Source: a virus
DNA: 64,000 nucleotides
IMG/VR virus record: IMGVR_UViG_3300009129_001089
Reading direction: 5' to 3' (one strand)
This document shows, piece after piece, positions 1 through 8,633 of the stretch. The translations under genes and the position numbers were made by a program. The notes beneath the pieces are model-generated. The model was not told the origin of the DNA and did no database searches. It saw only the letters and a program-made list of their open reading frames with translations. Positions within the stretch are counted from its first letter, which is position 1, and each line of letters starts with the position of its first letter.

Positions 1-1032
1 ATCTAATTGTGGTTTAAAATTTTCAAACGTCATGTGTTCTTCAACACATTTATAATCATCGTATAAACATTGCATCATTATATTAACTGTTCTAGCATGA
101 ATAGTATTTTCTATACAAAATCTACATTTTAATGTTTCATCAGGCATTACAGGATATGCTTCCCATCCTAATTCATTATGTCTATATGGCATTCGCATTT
201 CTGGTGTCCATCCGTTAATACCAATAATCATTGGAGTGTCGGTCATTCCGCAAAATTGCATTAATCCACCTTCGGGCCCAATATAACAATGTGATTTGTC
301 TAATATTGCAATTGCTTCATCTAATGTTGTTTTATGTATCAAGTCGATACATCCTGTTAAATCTAATTCCTCATGAAATCGTGGTCCTATTGACATTTTT
401 TTGTCGCCTATTTGCAAATTAAAAAAATATTTTCCTCCTAATATTACTACTTCATACCCTTTATTTTTACAATATGTTATTATGTCATTTATTGTATGAG
501 CTGGTAATTGGCAAATAGTTTTAGTAGTACCTGGTCCTATTGTAACAAATTTTTTAGGTAAATTAAATCTAGATAAATCTATTTGTTCTACAGGAAATTT
601 AGGATAATTTCGTTCTTCCATAGGTACATTTATTCTACCATCTATTAAATGAAAGTAATGATCAACTGGATGACATTGATGCGGAGCATGAATAGTCATT
701 GAAGTATTGTAAGATATTACTTGTTGGGCCATCGAACCTATAAAAATAGGATCTGTTTCTAATTTTTCTGCATTTGAATCATAAAAAGGATAAAGATTAT
801 TTTCATCTATAAAATATTTTAATATCGGAAGATGATGCTCGTGGCATTTTAAAAATAAATCTTGGTATCTATTTTTAATACTTAATATTACTGGTAAAGT
901 AGTTACCGACATACCTATACCTATTTGTTCCATTTGAAGTACAATAGGCGGTCTATGAAAATAAGATGGTGGATCTTCTCTTAACTTTTCCTCACTATAA
1001 TCACGGGTTCCTGTTGATAACTTTTTAGACAT
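1..1032 (-). CDS. Glycosyltransferase family 9 (heptosyltransferase-like), runs off the window edge
   Basis: Hand-translated open frame from ATG at 1032 (MSKKLSTG...) to base 1; contains IDLIHKTTLDEAIAILDKSHCYIGPEGGLMQFCGMTDTP, a GT9-type motif, then CRFC. Absent from the ORF track because the stop is outside the window. Confidence 0.7.
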   Translation of the reverse strand, partial: MSKKLSTGTRDYSEEKLREDPPSYFHRPPIVLQMEQIGIGMSVTTLPVILSIKNRYQDLFLKCHEHHLPILKYFIDENNLYPFYDSNAEKLETDPIFIGSMAQQVISYNTSMTIHAPHQCHPVDHYFHLIDGRINVPMEERNYPKFPVEQIDLSRFNLPKKFVTIGPGTTKTICQLPAHTINDIITYCKNKGYEVVILGGKYFFNLQIGDKKMSIGPRFHEELDLTGCIDLIHKTTLDEAIAILDKSHCYIGPEGGLMQFCGMTDTPMIIGINGWTPEMRMPYRHNELGWEAYPVMPDETLKCRFCIENTIHARTVNIMMQCLYDDYKCVEEHMTFENFKPQLD

Positions 1033-1825
1033 TGTATTTTTTTGGAATTCTATTATTTTGTAATTTTTTTATAGGATCTTGTGCAAAATCTTCTATTTTA
1101 GTTCTATGTTTTATATTTAATATTTCTAATTCCTGTTCGCCTTCAATTTCTATTGGTACATTATTTTCAAATTCATAGTCTGTTCGTACAAAAGGAATTA
1201 TTTGCATCAAAGGTTGGCCTTGATTTAATTTAATTGTTACATTTGGTTTATTCAATTTAATAAAACAATTAACTTCTTTGTTTGGCAAATGATCAATGTC
1301 TGCATCAATGATGCCTGGTACAACTGTAAAATCACTATTAATATGATAAAATGGGGTTGTATAAAATAAACTAACACCTTTAGGTACATTAGCATACCAA
1401 GGCGTATTTAATTTTATTAAATTGGAACAGCCATCTTCTAAAAACGGTACGCCTTTAGCTTGTTGATAGTCGTGCATTTCCACAGGTTTACTTATAGTAT
1501 TATTAATTATATCTGGTAACATAGAATCCCATCCTCGATTACTTTCACTCCTGCCATCGTCATGAAATCTAAAACACATATCGGTCCACATAGGCAGAAT
1601 ATACCCCGCTCTCATATGATCAAAGATACCTGGACACCCTTTTGCTGTTGGTTGAGGAGGCGCTTCAGGTTCATGTTGATACATTTTATCTAAATGAGTA
1701 TGCCAACTAGGTTTAAAATCTACTGCTGGTCTAATAGGCCATGCATGAGCTAACAATTTATATATTTTTTGCTCATCTACAGTAGTACCTCTACTAGGAT
1801 AAAATTCTATTTTATGTGTTTCCAT
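1025..1825 (-). CDS. Conserved phage protein (CPG..D...GY..P.W / PG..D.D / G.PL.Q.IP family, possibly dUTPase-like beta fold)
   Basis: 266 aa; motifs KGCPGIFDHMRAGYILPMW, KLNTPW, VVPGIIDAD, QGQPLMQIIPFVR. Confidence 0.55.
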   Translation of the reverse strand: METHKIEFYPSRGTTVDEQKIYKLLAHAWPIRPAVDFKPSWHTHLDKMYQHEPEAPPQPTAKGCPGIFDHMRAGYILPMWTDMCFRFHDDGRSESNRGWDSMLPDIINNTISKPVEMHDYQQAKGVPFLEDGCSNLIKLNTPWYANVPKGVSLFYTTPFYHINSDFTVVPGIIDADIDHLPNKEVNCFIKLNKPNVTIKLNQGQPLMQIIPFVRTDYEFENNVPIEIEGEQELEILNIKHRTKIEDFAQDPIKKLQNNRIPKKYNV

Positions 1826-1835
1826 ATTTTCCTTG

Positions 1836-1910
1836 TGGTACCCCGACTAGGAATCGAACCTAGATCAATGGCTTAGAAGGCCATTGCTCTATCCATTGAG
1901 CTACCGGGGC
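1836..1910 (-). tRNA. tRNA-Arg(UCU)
   Basis: GCCCCGG TAGCTCAATGGATAGAGC A ATGGC CTTCTAA GCCAT ... GGTTCGATTCC ... TCGGGGT A CCA. Confidence 0.97.
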
Positions 1911-2455
1911 AATACGTATTCCATATCCGCCGCTACAATAAACCTATTATCGTAACTTTGTAATATGCCTGGCCTATGCCAATAATAACTATCGTAAACT
2001 ACCCACTTGCCTATACATGGTTCGACCCATGTTCGTTTCTTTTTACCTACACCATTTGGTGCAAATTCTGTTCCTGCCTTTTTAAAGTCATCTACATCTT
2101 CTGGTATATGTACATAATATATACCACTTAATAACTTATGCTCTCGTTTATGATCATGATTATGCCAAAGATTTTTTCTGTCTTCTGGATATTCTAACGA
2201 TGTCATGTAACTCCAAGATTGAACTTTACTTATTTGTGCTTCTTTTTCTAAATAGAAAAAACATGCACTATAAAAGCTCATTCTAAGTTTTAACCAATGT
2301 ATTCCTGGTAATGTAAAGACATCAAAATTTGTTTGGTAACGTGGACTATTGGTATAATATTTTCCTTCATTAATAGATGCTTTGACATCTTTGCATATGT
2401 TTTTGCGATCTTTTTCGGTGATTAAACTTGTATAATCAAATACTTTATATTTCAT
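1901..2455 (-). CDS. Putative 2OG-Fe(II) oxygenase; stop codon lies inside tRNA-Arg
   Basis: WHNHDH...LSGIYYV...GTEF...WHRP...RFIVAAD. Confidence 0.65.
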   Translation of the reverse strand: MKYKVFDYTSLITEKDRKNICKDVKASINEGKYYTNSPRYQTNFDVFTLPGIHWLKLRMSFYSACFFYLEKEAQISKVQSWSYMTSLEYPEDRKNLWHNHDHKREHKLLSGIYYVHIPEDVDDFKKAGTEFAPNGVGKKKRTWVEPCIGKWVVYDSYYWHRPGILQSYDNRFIVAADMEYVLPR

Positions 2456-2754
2456 ATTAATATTTTAAATTGTGCCGCATCTTTATAATCCCTAAACCGT
2501 ACATTAAAATACCCTAAAAGATTACGAGAATATGACCATCGCTTTTCAGCAGGACCATATTCTTTAGTCATAAATTTTACAAAATTCTTAAAAAATCGTT
2601 TTTCGTTATCTGGCCATTGTTTTAAGAGAGTAAAAGAATGGGTAAATTTAACTTCACCCAAATTTTGATATATAATTACATCAAATTTTACGAAGGCATT
2701 TGAAAAAGTGCTTTTACCCATGGAGGACATTGTGTTCTCGCAAATACTACCCAA
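2452..2754 (-). CDS. Hypothetical phage protein (start uncertain)
   Basis: ORF with YGP...RW...VRFRD..DA..FKI end typical of small jumbo-phage proteins. Confidence 0.45.
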   Translation of the reverse strand: MGSICENTMSSMGKSTFSNAFVKFDVIIYQNLGEVKFTHSFTLLKQWPDNEKRFFKNFVKFMTKEYGPAEKRWSYSRNLLGYFNVRFRDYKDAAQFKILI

Positions 2755-3068
2755 CCAATTGCAGTAAAAGGTCTACGATTGCGTTGGTATTGTGATAAAA
2801 AATATTCCATAGATCCGCCTGTCGTTAACACATCATCGACTATACAAATCGGATCTCCTTCTTTGCCTGTTGCATGTTCATTAAGTAAATCACCTAATTT
2901 AACACCACCTCTAGGAATACCTACTGCCTCTCTAAACGGTGGTGTTATTTCCATTATCATTTTTTTAATGGTAAACCAGTCTTGCTCACTTAAGGCATCC
3001 ATTTCTATTTTCCAAGTTAAATTTAACCCGGAATGTGATTTAAAATTTACTGATTGAAATAAATCCAT
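2688..3068 (-). CDS. Type I phosphoribosyltransferase (orotate PRTase-like)
   Basis: PRPP-binding motif IVDDVLTTGGS, plus GIPRGG and FKSHSG. Confidence 0.8.
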   Translation of the reverse strand: MDLFQSVNFKSHSGLNLTWKIEMDALSEQDWFTIKKMIMEITPPFREAVGIPRGGVKLGDLLNEHATGKEGDPICIVDDVLTTGGSMEYFLSQYQRNRRPFTAIGWVVFARTQCPPWVKALFQMPS

Positions 3069-3244
3069 TACATTGAATTTTTCTTTTCTTGAATCTCAGC
3101 TCGTCGATGCTTTGATAATTTACCAATTTCGCCCAATGCCTTGCGGGCTCTAGTGGCCGCGGCTTTTACACCTTTGTCTTCCCACTTTTCATGTTCTGCT
3201 ATATAAGCATTAAAATTTTCTACTATTTGTTCATGTATTGACAT
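3068..3244 (-). CDS. Histone H1-like Hc1-family small basic protein
   Basis: Hand-translated 58 aa MSIHEQIVENFNAYIAEHEKWEDKGVKAAATRARKALGEIGKLSKHRRAEIQEKKNSM with AGGAG RBS; KG.KAA.TRARKA motif. Confidence 0.7.
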   Translation of the reverse strand: MSIHEQIVENFNAYIAEHEKWEDKGVKAAATRARKALGEIGKLSKHRRAEIQEKKNSM

Positions 3245-3252
3245 ATTTTCTC

Positions 3253-3654
3253 CTAATTATCATAGTTTGTTTGGTCTGAATAACCTTTTTTATCTCTATC
3301 TACTTTATGAACACCAGGTAAGTAAAGTTCGTCTACTTCCATGGCTTCTCCTTTTATATCATCACGTTGACCTTGATCCCAGCCCATATCGCGAGCTGAT
3401 TTATCAAGAGTTGTATCTTCAAACGTTTTATTACCTTGTCCCCAAGGATTATGATAACTATCTTTTTCCCATCCTGGTCCTGCAAAATGAAACGATGTTT
3501 TATTTGCTGATAGTTTTTCTAGCTCTCCGTCACAACTATAGGGTATAGGACCATCTGCGACGGCTCTACATTCAGTTAGTGGTGGGTCAGAGAACTTTTG
3601 AATTTCTTCAAATTTATTGTTGCATTTTTTACAGCGATAAACGTATATTGGCAT
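3253..3654 (-). CDS. FmdB-family zinc-ribbon protein
   Basis: MPIYVYRCKKC..FEEIQKFSDPPLTEC...C.GEL.K...F.F.GPGW. Confidence 0.8.
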   Translation of the reverse strand: MPIYVYRCKKCNNKFEEIQKFSDPPLTECRAVADGPIPYSCDGELEKLSANKTSFHFAGPGWEKDSYHNPWGQGNKTFEDTTLDKSARDMGWDQGQRDDIKGEAMEVDELYLPGVHKVDRDKKGYSDQTNYDN

Positions 3655-3655
3655 A

Positions 3656-4120
3656 TTATTTGTTAAGTTGCTTTATTTTAGGCATTGCCCTAGATCCAAA
3701 CCAAAAACTAATGATAGCGGCAAATAATGCTTCTGTTTGATCATCCCATACAACTTCAAGAGTTGCATTTAGATCGCTTCCATTTTTAATGGCTTGATAT
3801 ACTAAAGTAACTTTAACTCCGATAAATGTTAAAAAGAATACATAAGTTATAAACGGTCTTACAAATGCTCGTAATGCATTTATAAATCCCGGTTGACTTC
3901 CTAATGCGGCGTCATGTGCTAACAACATTTTTTGTTCTTCAAAGTCTTTCTTTGCATCGAACAATTTTATGTCTAAATCAACACCTTCTTTTTTTGCTTG
4001 TAATTGAAGTTTAAATTCTTCTGTTTTTTGTTTTTTTTCTTCTTTGTCTTTAAAATAGTCTATTACGCTAGGAACTGCTGATCCAGCAAAGCCTAATAAA
4101 CTTCCTAATACTGTAAGCAT
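3656..4120 (-). CDS. Putative 3TM holin-like membrane protein
   Basis: LRAFVRPFITY...SFWFGSR motifs with hydrophobic segments. Confidence 0.6.
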   Translation of the reverse strand: MLTVLGSLLGFAGSAVPSVIDYFKDKEEKKQKTEEFKLQLQAKKEGVDLDIKLFDAKKDFEEQKMLLAHDAALGSQPGFINALRAFVRPFITYVFFLTFIGVKVTLVYQAIKNGSDLNATLEVVWDDQTEALFAAIISFWFGSRAMPKIKQLNK

Positions 4121-4142
4121 GTTAACCTTTATAATTACTCTG

Positions 4143-4718
4143 TTAATTATTTATATTATTAAAAACTGTTTTTTTCATTAAAAGCCTGCATATGATGTTT
4201 ATTCGCATGGAAAAGTATATATGACTAGGTCCTTTTCCATAATGTAATATACTTCCGTCTATGACAATTGCTCTATTATATTTTGGAATAAAAACTTTAC
4301 CTGTATACTCATCATCTGTTAATAAAATGGTTTCTCCTCCCCATGACGGAGCCCATTTCTTTTCCATAAGTACAGGATATATAAAAGAATATTCTGTATA
4401 ATCATCTACGTTTTCTACTGTATTTCCTAATAATACACCCAATTCTGCTTTATTTGATTTATCAAGATGTGGTGTACTGTCCAATCCTTTTGTTTGGCCG
4501 TTAGCAAATATAGATGAAATATAAACATCATCCCATAAGGCATGAACTTTATCTTCAAATAAATTCCAGATAGGTGTATGTTTTAAAGTGGATTTCCAAA
4601 AAGGGGGGCAAATGTCATCGGGCTTATTTCCATAAACCCAATGAGAAGTTTTAAAATATTCTATAACATCTGTTGCTTGTGATTCAGATAATAAATCATC
4701 TAGTATTTTGTATTGCAA
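4143..4718 (-). CDS. 2OG-Fe(II) oxygenase
   Basis: NGQT...PHLD...WGGET...LHYG...MRINI. Confidence 0.75.
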   Translation of the reverse strand: MQYKILDDLLSESQATDVIEYFKTSHWVYGNKPDDICPPFWKSTLKHTPIWNLFEDKVHALWDDVYISSIFANGQTKGLDSTPHLDKSNKAELGVLLGNTVENVDDYTEYSFIYPVLMEKKWAPSWGGETILLTDDEYTGKVFIPKYNRAIVIDGSILHYGKGPSHIYFSMRINIICRLLMKKTVFNNINN

Positions 4719-5152
4719 TAGTCTCTCTTGTATATATCTATATGTGGTGCCGTTGCCACTCTACCTGTTTTCTTATTATAAAAATGAAGTTGCATTAAAT
4801 ACACAGGAATTTCATAATGCGGAGGACAATCCCAATCTATCACATTATTTTTATCTTGAACATAATGGGCTAACTCATGTACAAGATCTGCTTGATATTC
4901 TACAATTGAATAATCGTTGAATTTCATATAAATCACACCTCCATAATAAAATCCTCGTATTTCTGTAGTTCCTTGGGCCAATGAACCATTACGTTTTTCA
5001 AATTCTTTTAGTAATTTTCTTTCCGACATCATTACTATTTTAGGTACTGGTAAATCAAAACCCATATTACAAAAATTTTGTGATTCATGGACCCCTGGTA
5101 CATTGCAGTTTGCCTGCATCCACATCATTATTCCAATTGCTAGTGATTTCAT
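4700..5152 (-). CDS. HExxH-motif protein (putative metallopeptidase-like)
   Basis: LVHELAHYVQ followed by C...E...Y. Confidence 0.5.
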   Translation of the reverse strand: MKSLAIGIMMWMQANCNVPGVHESQNFCNMGFDLPVPKIVMMSERKLLKEFEKRNGSLAQGTTEIRGFYYGGVIYMKFNDYSIVEYQADLVHELAHYVQDKNNVIDWDCPPHYEIPVYLMQLHFYNKKTGRVATAPHIDIYKRDYCNTKY

Positions 5153-5189
5153 GTTATTTTCTCTATATTAATGTTACTGGAAAGGAATA

Positions 5190-5379
5190 GGGCGAATGAA
5201 GTTTTACCAACTTGTTCAACATGCAATAAACAAAATGCAACAAACATTGACCGGCCTGGGAGCAACTCATCAACAAACACATCAAAGTTTTTCTTATCCC
5301 AGGAGCAATCCTTCTGTCGTAAAGTTCATCCATTGTTGCCACCAATTTGGTGTAGTAGTCGATGCCACTCCGTTCGCCC
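5190..5379 (-). ncRNA. Candidate 190-nt rod-like structured RNA of unknown family
   Basis: Nested minus-strand helices GGGCGAACGGAGU/ACUUCAUUCGCCC, ACCAAAUUG/CAAGUUGGU, CAAUGGAUGAA/UUUGUUUAUUG, CGACAGA/UUUGUUG, AUUG/CAAU, CCUGGGA/UCCCAGG; many G.U pairs work only on this strand. Confidence 0.65.
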
Positions 5380-5386
5380 AGCCGAC

Positions 5387-5950
5387 TCAAAGTAGTCCCT
5401 CATCGCTGAGTAACTGCTCCTCATCAGCAGAAAGTTCTATGGTTCGCTTAACATTTACTTCAAGAATTACATCATTAAGATCTTGAAAATTCTTTTTAAG
5501 AGTTTTAACTGTTTGTTTAAACTCTTTGATGTCGTCTTTATCAAAGACATTAGTACTAAAAGAATCTCTACCGTACCTAGATTCTTCGCCTCGTTCTTTA
5601 AGTTTCTCTATTCGTTGCCTAACTTCAAATAAGTCCGGTCGAGGTTTTCGTTCACATAAATTAGTATAAAGATTAATACATGCTTTAATGCGTTCTTGTT
5701 CTGCAAGCATTTTATTAACATCCCATTTGGCGTTAACTATTCCGGTTTTTGCTCGCAATGAATACAATACACTTAATAGATTTTGTTTATAAACTATGTT
5801 GTCTGTAACTTCTTTAAGTTGAGTTTCAATGACCTGTTTAGGATCATTGTATTCATTTATTTCAATGTCTGTATCTATCTCAATAGCATGAACTCGTTGA
5901 AATAGTTCTTTTTGAATTGCTGATGATTTTCTAAGATTGATTTTTGTCAT
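5387..5950 (-). CDS. DIP1984-like long coiled-coil protein
   Basis: Helical pattern LR.K....N.K..V..MLA...RIK...RY.R......D....K.....LKK....L.D.I.E.N....IEL resembles the DIP1984 family; GGAG RBS. Confidence 0.5.
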   Translation of the reverse strand: MTKINLRKSSAIQKELFQRVHAIEIDTDIEINEYNDPKQVIETQLKEVTDNIVYKQNLLSVLYSLRAKTGIVNAKWDVNKMLAEQERIKACINLYTNLCERKPRPDLFEVRQRIEKLKERGEESRYGRDSFSTNVFDKDDIKEFKQTVKTLKKNFQDLNDVILEVNVKRTIELSADEEQLLSDEGLL

Positions 5951-6026
5951 TTTGTTTCTCCAGTATTAGCCTAATCTTTTCTTTAGTAGCCTGAATATCT
6001 TGTCTAACAATTATTCGTTCTGACAT
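5931..6026 (-). CDS. Small 31-aa ORF directly behind an early promoter
   Basis: MSERIIVRQDIQATKEKIRLILEKQNDKNQS with AGGA RBS; overlaps the start of the next gene. Confidence 0.4.
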   Translation of the reverse strand: MSERIIVRQDIQATKEKIRLILEKQNDKNQS

Positions 6027-6068
6027 GATTTCCTGTCTAAAAAGTTCTTTTTCTAACTCTTTTAAACT

Positions 6069-6097
6069 ATTATACAGGAATTCTAGTTCATTGTCAA
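6069..6097 (-). promoter_or_regulatory. Consensus sigma70 promoter
   Basis: TTGACA-17 nt-TATAAT. Confidence 0.85.
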
Positions 6098-6106
6098 CCA
6101 TTTTCT

Positions 6107-6283
6107 TCAATAATGTACTCGTCTTATAAAGGTTTCATTATAATGGCATCGAGGACACATTTGTCCTGCACCTTCAATGTAACCCAATCTGCTATCAATA
6201 TGATCGCTTGTTTTATACTTTGTTTCTTTACCACAACTAACACATAATTCTACTTCTTCTTCTTCCGTACTTGAACTATCCAT
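6107..6283 (-). CDS. Small CxxC...CxxC zinc-finger protein
   Basis: Hand-translated MDSSSTEEEEVELCVSCGKETKYKTSDHIDSRLGYIEGAGQMCPRCHYNETFIRRVHY; GGAGG RBS. Confidence 0.6.
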   Translation of the reverse strand: MDSSSTEEEEVELCVSCGKETKYKTSDHIDSRLGYIEGAGQMCPRCHYNETFIRRVHY

Positions 6284-6391
6284 CCTTTGCCTCCGTCTGG
6301 TGGTATGTAAGATAATCGTGTTATGATTTCTAATTCTTCTTCTAATCCACTGCTTCTTAAATGTTTTATTACTGTAATTGATTCATATTCT

Positions 6392-6520
6392 TTATTTGCC
6401 TTGGCCACGATACCGTTTCCAGTTTTTCCTTTTGTGCTTGTTTAAAGGTCTTGACGACCGAGATCTACCTATGCTTGTTTTTTTAGGTGTTGTAGTTTTT
6501 TTCTTAACTTTTATTATCAT
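6392..6520 (-). CDS. Small very basic phage protein (KRYRGQGK C-terminus)
   Basis: MIIKVKKKTTTPKKTSIGRSRSSRPLNKHKRKNWKRYRGQGK. Confidence 0.6.
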   Translation of the reverse strand: MIIKVKKKTTTPKKTSIGRSRSSRPLNKHKRKNWKRYRGQGK

Positions 6521-6686
6521 TATATTTCTCTTGTTTTATAAACAGTCCCATCATCATAAAACCATATTTCTTTTATTATATGGCCTTTACCATAATAAGG
6601 TAATAATTTTTCTGCTATCTCTTTAGAATCGCATAACTCTACTCTTTTATTATTTGGCCAGTGAATTATTTCCCATTTTTGTTTCA

Positions 6687-6893
6687 TTACATATTGTGTC
6701 GCATTTTATATATTTGGGCTTCAGCATCTATAGGTGGATCGCCCCAATCTATATCTGTTGGATCTCCGCCCATATTTACTTTAGCCCCACCTGCTTCTAA
6801 TTTTCTTGCCCAATAATCCTCTAAACGGCAAGTTCGCAAATATTCTTCTATATCAACAGATGTTCGAGACATCTGAATTTCTTCGTTACTCAT
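6687..6893 (-). CDS. Hypothetical protein
   Basis: 68-aa ORF on the coding strand. Confidence 0.45.
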   Translation of the reverse strand: MSNEEIQMSRTSVDIEEYLRTCRLEDYWARKLEAGGAKVNMGGDPTDIDWGDPPIDAEAQIYKMRHNM

Positions 6894-7080
6894 CTTTATA
6901 TAAAGCCTTCATCCATAACCAAAAGGATACTGTACCTTCGTCACCTTCATGTCTTGTCCTTTTCATTCTGTTCCTTTTAACATTTGTTTTCTAGTTGAAT
7001 GTCTAAATCTTTCTTTCATATTACCCATCCATCGGAAGGGTGTACATAGAGTACATCTTGGAATTCGTTTCCTCCAAGAT

Positions 7081-7278
7081 TTAGACTTGCGTTTTCCTAT
7101 CTTCTTCTTCATATTCTACCCATTGCATTAATTGTTCTTCACCTGTCCATTTGGCAGAAACTACTGGATAATTTTTCCATGCTCGTCGAACAGCATCTTC
7201 ACCGCCCCGACATAATACCTTTGATCCGTCTTCTAATGTTAACTCTACTACTTTAACTGTCTTTGAATGCATTGTCAA
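7081..7278 (-). CDS. Hypothetical protein
   Basis: 65-aa ORF abutting the transporter gene. Confidence 0.5.
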   Translation of the reverse strand: MTMHSKTVKVVELTLEDGSKVLCRGGEDAVRRAWKNYPVVSAKWTGEEQLMQWVEYEEEDRKTQV

Positions 7279-7279
7279 G

Positions 7280-8245
7280 TTATTTTAATTTGGCCTCAAA
7301 TTCTCTTAAACGCCTATAAACACTCATTAATTCAATAATAGTAGGCCATGCTTTTAATAGATATTGCATCGATCCTTCTACTCTACCAAATGCTCTTATT
7401 ATTTGTTGCATTACACCTAGAGTCATTACTCCTGCAACTATTGCTGGTGCTAGGAATACATAAGCGGATAATACATTTGCTTGTAAGTAAGCCATTCGAC
7501 CAATATTAAAATATAGATAACGTATATAACTTAAAAAATGAATTTTACGAACATCATCAAAGAATTCTTCTATTTTCTTTGGTCTAACAGTTCCATCATC
7601 TTCTGCAATAACAAGTATTTTTCTATATGCCGCTTCTTTTGCTTGTATATCATATTCTATACCAACTAAACGCAATATCCACCCTAATCCAATTAAAAAG
7701 GCAGTACCACCTAATGTCCAAAGTAACGCACCTGCAATCAATCCATATTCCCAATCACCAAAAAAGAATATTGGAATACCCAATGATAATCCAAATAATA
7801 TAGGAACAAACTGAACTAAAACCATAACTGATTCGATTAAAGATGTTCCTAAACTTTCCATTATACGACTAAATTTAATTGTATCTTCTTGAACTCTTTG
7901 CGATGCACCTTCTATTTTTCTGGCTTTGTCATACACACTATGATACCATTCAACCATTGCTGTACGCCATCTAAACAAATAGTGAGCTGTAAAAAAACTT
8001 ATTACAACATAGAGTCCAACATATATTCCTGCTAGTGTAATAAATGACAATAAACTTGCAAAATATTCTTCTATTGTAATTGCATTTGGTGTAGCAAGTG
8101 CTTTTTGAATCATATCATAAAATTGACCAAACCATTCATTTATTTTTACATCAATCTTTACTTGAACCCAAAGTGATCCTAAAATAATTATTGAGCCAAG
8201 CCAAGACCATAACAACCATTTTTTATTTAAAAAAAATCTAAACAT
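7280..8245 (-). CDS. SbmA/BacA-family peptide transporter
   Basis: FRWRTAM, IEGASQRVQED, EAAYRK.LV.AED, TLGVMQQI.RAFGRV, W.TIIELMSVY.RLR.FE. Confidence 0.88.
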   Translation of the reverse strand: MFRFFLNKKWLLWSWLGSIIILGSLWVQVKIDVKINEWFGQFYDMIQKALATPNAITIEEYFASLLSFITLAGIYVGLYVVISFFTAHYLFRWRTAMVEWYHSVYDKARKIEGASQRVQEDTIKFSRIMESLGTSLIESVMVLVQFVPILFGLSLGIPIFFFGDWEYGLIAGALLWTLGGTAFLIGLGWILRLVGIEYDIQAKEAAYRKILVIAEDDGTVRPKKIEEFFDDVRKIHFLSYIRYLYFNIGRMAYLQANVLSAYVFLAPAIVAGVMTLGVMQQIIRAFGRVEGSMQYLLKAWPTIIELMSVYRRLREFEAKLK

Positions 8246-8495
8246 AATATCTCTCTATTTCTTTCTCAACTTCATTTATTGCTTTCAAGTATTCTTCTTT
8301 ATTTTCGCCTGAAGTGTTTACTTGTGATAAGCGAAATTTTAAATCTTTTAAAGTTAGCGACACCTCACCTGCTGTAAAACATTTTTTCCATTCCATAACT
8401 GCTTTAACAACAGGTTTTTGTTGGTCGTATATAATTCTTGTTCGTTTAAAATACGGATCCAATTTGTTAATCCCTTGATAGTATACACCTATCAT
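8238..8495 (-). CDS. Hypothetical protein
   Basis: 85-aa ORF, coupled to its neighbours. Confidence 0.45.
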   Translation of the reverse strand: MIGVYYQGINKLDPYFKRTRIIYDQQKPVVKAVMEWKKCFTAGEVSLTLKDLKFRLSQVNTSGENKEEYLKAINEVEKEIERYYV

Positions 8496-8633
8496 GTTCC
8501 TCTTGGTGGTTTAGGTCCTCCATTTTCTATCCATTCTATTAAACTATACACAATGGCTATTTCTAAAGAAGTCCACATTATATTACCACCTGCTAATCCG
8601 ACAAAAAGTAGTATACATATACCTATAACGTAT

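Noticed and set aside
5163-5390. 75-aa minus-strand ORF over the hairpin, or TGA readthrough/selenocysteine at 5387
   Set aside because: TTG start without RBS and atypical composition; the readthrough frame gives only 30 unremarkable residues; RNA structure explains the sequence better, though this is not fully excluded
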